From IMG/VR virus record IMGVR_UViG_3300024272_005753: a stretch of 20,000 bases of DNA; one strand, given 5' to 3'. The position numbers and the translations under genes are program-made. This document shows, one piece after another, positions 17,006 through 20,000 of this stretch (positions are counted from its first letter, which is position 1; every line of letters starts with the position of its first letter). The notes under the pieces were generated by a model. That model did no database searches. It saw only the letters and a list, made by a program, of their open reading frames with translations, and had not been told where the DNA came from. This DNA comes from an uncultured virus (IMG/VR IMGVR_UViG_3300024272_005753). Lineage: Duplodnaviria; Heunggongvirae; Uroviricota; Caudoviricetes.

Positions 17006-17626
17006 TTATAACACCTTTTTCTTTAAAGTTTCATGGAGGATGAATAAAAAATTAAAATCGGCACCATTTAATATTTCCTCAAAAATTATAACATATGCTT
17101 TGCGTGTATGCTCTTTGTGTTCTTCTAATATACTTGTGACAATTGAAAGTATTGAATCTTTTAATTGTTGTTCATCAACTGACTGTGGGGAGCAGGAAGA
17201 TGGGGAACAAACTTCTTGGTCCTCACATGTTAATTTTACAATATTATATATAAAAGATAACATATCATCTGATACATCGTTTAACTCATTATGTATTATT
17301 GATAAATTTACGTTTATAAATTCATCAATTCCTTGGGCCTTTTCTTTTATATATCTTATTTTTTTAATTTTTTCGTTTGTTTTGAAAATATATTTTAATG
17401 CGTCAACTTCTATTGGAGACAAACAATAGACATGGAAATAAAAAAGTTTTGCGAATTGTGGGGGAACAAAAGATGTTACATATTTAGCTGCTTCTTTTTT
17501 CTTTTCAAGAGTTTCTGAGTTTACTTCTTTTGTATTTTTTTCGAATGGGGTATATACTCCATATACTAAAGTTGAATCATTTTTGTCATCATCAAAATCA
17601 TTTGTTAAATTCTCTTTATCAATCAT
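17006..17626 (-). CDS. Hypothetical protein, paralog of 17642..18259, N-terminal VYGV motif (candidate radical SAM substrate)
   Basis: RBS AAGGAGG; stop is 1 nt before the rSAM ATG; aligns by eye with the neighbouring ORF. Confidence 0.7.
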   Translation of the reverse strand: MIDKENLTNDFDDDKNDSTLVYGVYTPFEKNTKEVNSETLEKKKEAAKYVTSFVPPQFAKLFYFHVYCLSPIEVDALKYIFKTNEKIKKIRYIKEKAQGIDEFINVNLSIIHNELNDVSDDMLSFIYNIVKLTCEDQEVCSPSSCSPQSVDEQQLKDSILSIVTSILEEHKEHTRKAYVIIFEEILNGADFNFLFILHETLKKKVL

Positions 17627-17641
17627 AAAAATTCCTCCTTA

Positions 17642-18259
17642 TTAATATTCTTTGGTTAAAATCTCTGATAAACAAAAAAGTATTTCTGGGTTCAGCTTAT
17701 CTAAAATCTCAATTGTCAGGTTTGCCATTTTTTCTTTGTTTTTATGATTTGAGTTTAAAATAATATTTGTTGCTGCATGTAGAGAATTTTCTTTTACTTG
17801 CATCTTGTTTATATTCTGGGGGATTTCTCGCAAATTGTCATTGTCTTCTTCGTTATTAGCGGTTTTTAGAATAAGATAAATGAGATTTAAAGTATTTTCC
17901 GATAAGCCATTTATTTCTTGGTGTGCTTCAGATATATCAATATTAGTTAGTTTATCAATATTTTTTGTATTCTTAAAAATATATTCTTTTTTCTTGGTTT
18001 TGTCATTTTCTTTGAGAAGAAAGCTTAAAGCAATATGAGATTCTGTTGATAATTGCCTTATATACGAGTTAAGTTTTTTTTGATAAATGATTGGGAAATA
18101 AGAGATTATAGTTTCAGAACTTTTAAATTTATCAAATGTTGAAAAACCATTCTTTTCGAAAGTTTCATTTTCATAAAACGTTTTTACAAAGTCTTTGTCA
18201 GGTGGGGCTACGCCATATACTGCAACTGGCAAATTTCTTTTTTTAAATATATTTTTCAT
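17642..18259 (-). CDS. Hypothetical protein, paralog of 17006..17626, N-terminal VYGV motif (candidate radical SAM substrate)
   Basis: RBS AAGGAGG; VAVYGVAPP; shared core LS...AL..L.K.N.K.KK..YI...ID...N..LS..H.E.N..S...L..IY.I.K. Confidence 0.7.
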   Translation of the reverse strand: MKNIFKKRNLPVAVYGVAPPDKDFVKTFYENETFEKNGFSTFDKFKSSETIISYFPIIYQKKLNSYIRQLSTESHIALSFLLKENDKTKKKEYIFKNTKNIDKLTNIDISEAHQEINGLSENTLNLIYLILKTANNEEDNDNLREIPQNINKMQVKENSLHAATNIILNSNHKNKEKMANLTIEILDKLNPEILFCLSEILTKEY

Positions 18260-18286
18260 TGAGGTGCCTCCTTTATGTATCTTGTT

Positions 18287-18472
18287 TTAATATAAAACGT
18301 CTTTTCGAACATAAGGTGACGATGTTTCTCGGCCAGCTTTTCCGTTTTCGTTGATAAAATATTTATTACATCTATCACAACGTAGTGTTCTTCCGCTAGG
18401 CATCATAAAATAAAGCATCCCATTACAAATAGGACAAGTTGGCGGAGCTTTTCTTTTTGTTTTTTCGGTCAT
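18287..18472 (-). CDS. Small zinc-ribbon protein
   Basis: CPICNG...CDRCNK; RBS AAGGAGG. Confidence 0.7.
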   Translation of the reverse strand: MTEKTKRKAPPTCPICNGMLYFMMPSGRTLRCDRCNKYFINENGKAGRETSSPYVRKDVLY

Positions 18473-18633
18473 ATATTATACCCTCCTTTTAAATTTTTCC
18501 TTAATCTTATTTTATGTTTTTTCAGTATACTCTAAATATAGAAAACGTGTTATATAACACTGTTTTCAGAACTAAAATATAATAGTTTCCAAAACAATAA
18601 CAAGAATACATATTGGAAAAGGGGATAACAATT

Positions 18634-18900
18634 ATGGGTAAGACTTATGTCACTATGATGCGTACCGCTAACTGCTCTTTCGATGGTAATGTCGAAGAGT
18701 ACGTTAACATCTGGTCCGAGGAGGAAGCTCGTGAGCATAACTGGATTGATGAGAACGGGGAGCGCATCTGGGTTCTGCCTGCCAAGAGTGAGCAGTATGC
18801 TCACACCTTCGTTTGGGCGTTCGACGATATGGACGCCGCTATCGCCTTCTATGAGGCTTTGACAACTAAGGAACTGGGGATGAGGGTGATTGCTCATTAA
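18634..18900 (+). CDS. Hypothetical protein
   Basis: RBS AAGGGG before ATG 18634; followed by the terminator ACTCGCTGC/GCAGCGAGT+T at about 18908-18932. Confidence 0.7.
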   Translation: MGKTYVTMMRTANCSFDGNVEEYVNIWSEEEAREHNWIDENGERIWVLPAKSEQYAHTFVWAFDDMDAAIAFYEALTTKELGMRVIAH

Positions 18901-18975
18901 TCCCACTACTCGCTGCTTAGCAGCGAGTTTTTGTTTATTTTATATAAATTTTTAAAGTATTGTTATAATATCTTT

Positions 18976-19160
18976 TTGTAGGTTATAAGATATAACAAAA
19001 ATTTAGGTGGAATGATACGAATGCGTTCTTTAAGGGGGAGGCCCCTGGGAATTGCTAATATTCGTAGAAGAAGACAATATTCGAAAATTTATTCGCTAAA
19101 TATGTATTGGTTCTTCGCCATCGTAGAATTGGCCGCTCAACGAAAGTTGAGTGGTTTTTT
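18976..19160 (+). ncRNA. Candidate structured ncRNA (~185 nt)
   Basis: Extended -10 TGTTATAAT at 18961-18969; two long imperfect stems; terminator CCGCTCAAC-GAAA-GTTGAGTGG-T6 at 19133-19160. Confidence 0.5.
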
Positions 19161-19184
19161 ATTGCTTTTCTTTTCTGTTTTTTA

Positions 19185-19213
19185 TAGACTTTTACTCAAA
19201 AATATGTTATAAT
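19185..19213 (+). promoter_or_regulatory. Sigma-A promoter
   Basis: TAGACT-17 nt-TATAAT with ATATGT extension. Confidence 0.75.
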
Positions 19214-19243
19214 ATATACATCTAAGAGAAAGAGAGAAAATAT

Positions 19244-19591
19244 ATGAATCAACAAGAATTTATTGAAAAATGCCTAATAGATGATGAAAATATAAGAGAT
19301 GGTAGAGAATTTCTTAATCTCTATCTTAGCGGTCATTTTGAAATTATTCCATATACTGACGTAGATGATGAGATTTTTACCATTATGAGCTATGATTATG
19401 GGATTTCGGATTATTACATTTCTTTAATTTTTAATGAATCTAATCATCGAGTGGCTAAAAGACGTAAAAATCTAGGTATTCCTAAGGGTTGTGACCGTCA
19501 TCGTAAATGGGTAGATATCGATAATAGGACCAGAGTTCCACTAAAAAATTTTCTAGATATTGTGGTTACAAAGGAGAAATATTATGGGTAA
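19244..19591 (+). CDS. Hypothetical protein, possible HTH DNA-binding
   Basis: ISDYYISLIFNESNHRVAKRRKNLGI resembles D-x2-IA...V-x2-RR-x2-LGI HTH motifs. Confidence 0.6.
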   Translation: MNQQEFIEKCLIDDENIRDGREFLNLYLSGHFEIIPYTDVDDEIFTIMSYDYGISDYYISLIFNESNHRVAKRRKNLGIPKGCDRHRKWVDIDNRTRVPLKNFLDIVVTKEKYYG

Positions 19592-20000
19592 AACTAGATA
19601 TAGATACATTTTGGCAGATACCCCTTCTCTGAAGGGGCCCATTTCTAATTTTCAGTTGTATCCTGGGAATAAGCTTGGGCCTATGGTTAATCTTTTAGTA
19701 CGAGTCCATATTCCTGAGGATATGGAACTAATTAAACGTAGTTATGCTTATTATTCTGTGACTAAGGATGAACGTACTTTAGAAGATTTAGGGTATGATG
19801 TGCTTGTTAAATTCGATTCTAAGTGGAAGGTTCAGAACGTTCTTAAGGGTAAATCTTTTGTTCAAATGATTGATACTCTTAAAAAAGGTGGATACGAAGA
19901 GCTTGGCATGTATGGATGGCTAACTAGGTTAGAATATATGCGAACGACTTCTATGGCTAGAAAAATCGTTTCTAAATGTGATTCTATTTTAGATGATTAA
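19584..20000 (+). CDS. Hypothetical protein
   Basis: RBS AAGGAG before ATG 19584; overlaps the upstream gene by 8 nt; TAA at the window end. Confidence 0.7.
   Translation: MGKTRYRYILADTPSLKGPISNFQLYPGNKLGPMVNLLVRVHIPEDMELIKRSYAYYSVTKDERTLEDLGYDVLVKFDSKWKVQNVLKGKSFVQMIDTLKKGGYEELGMYGWLTRLEYMRTTSMARKIVSKCDSILDD

Noticed and set aside
19012..19212. 66-aa ORF from the track
   Set aside because: Runs through a strong terminator and the next promoter, has atypical composition, and is better explained as a structured RNA.

Overview
AT-rich, gene-dense 20 kb segment that looks like a large Bacillota (Clostridia-type) mobile replicon such as a jumbo phage or megaplasmid; this is inferred, because no virion, replication or housekeeping marker genes are present. 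It consists of short transcription units, each with a near-identical sigma-A promoter (TTGACT-N17-TATAAT with a shared ATATGT extension) and an intrinsic terminator. Hypothetical genes are mixed with host-like accessory genes: a Cthe_2159-type lipoprotein, HAD phosphatase, GNAT, truncated Nudix, alpha/beta hydrolase, ABC-like ATPase, orphan FeoA, DUF4349 lipoprotein and PPK2. Highlights: (1) an intact IscB/omegaRNA element (about 13815-15439) inserted into the last codons of ppk2, whose removal restores the native stop and terminator and exposes an ATGA TAM; its omegaRNA carries an extra long-range helix; (2) a minus-strand operon with a radical SAM/SPASM enzyme resembling YG-motif spliceases, next to two paralogous ~205-aa proteins that share an N-terminal VYGV motif (candidate protein-backbone modification system); (3) two ORF-less, promoter- and terminator-bounded structured regions (candidate ncRNAs, about 3468-3756 and 18976-19160); (4) a dispersed modular intergenic repeat family found upstream of three promoters.
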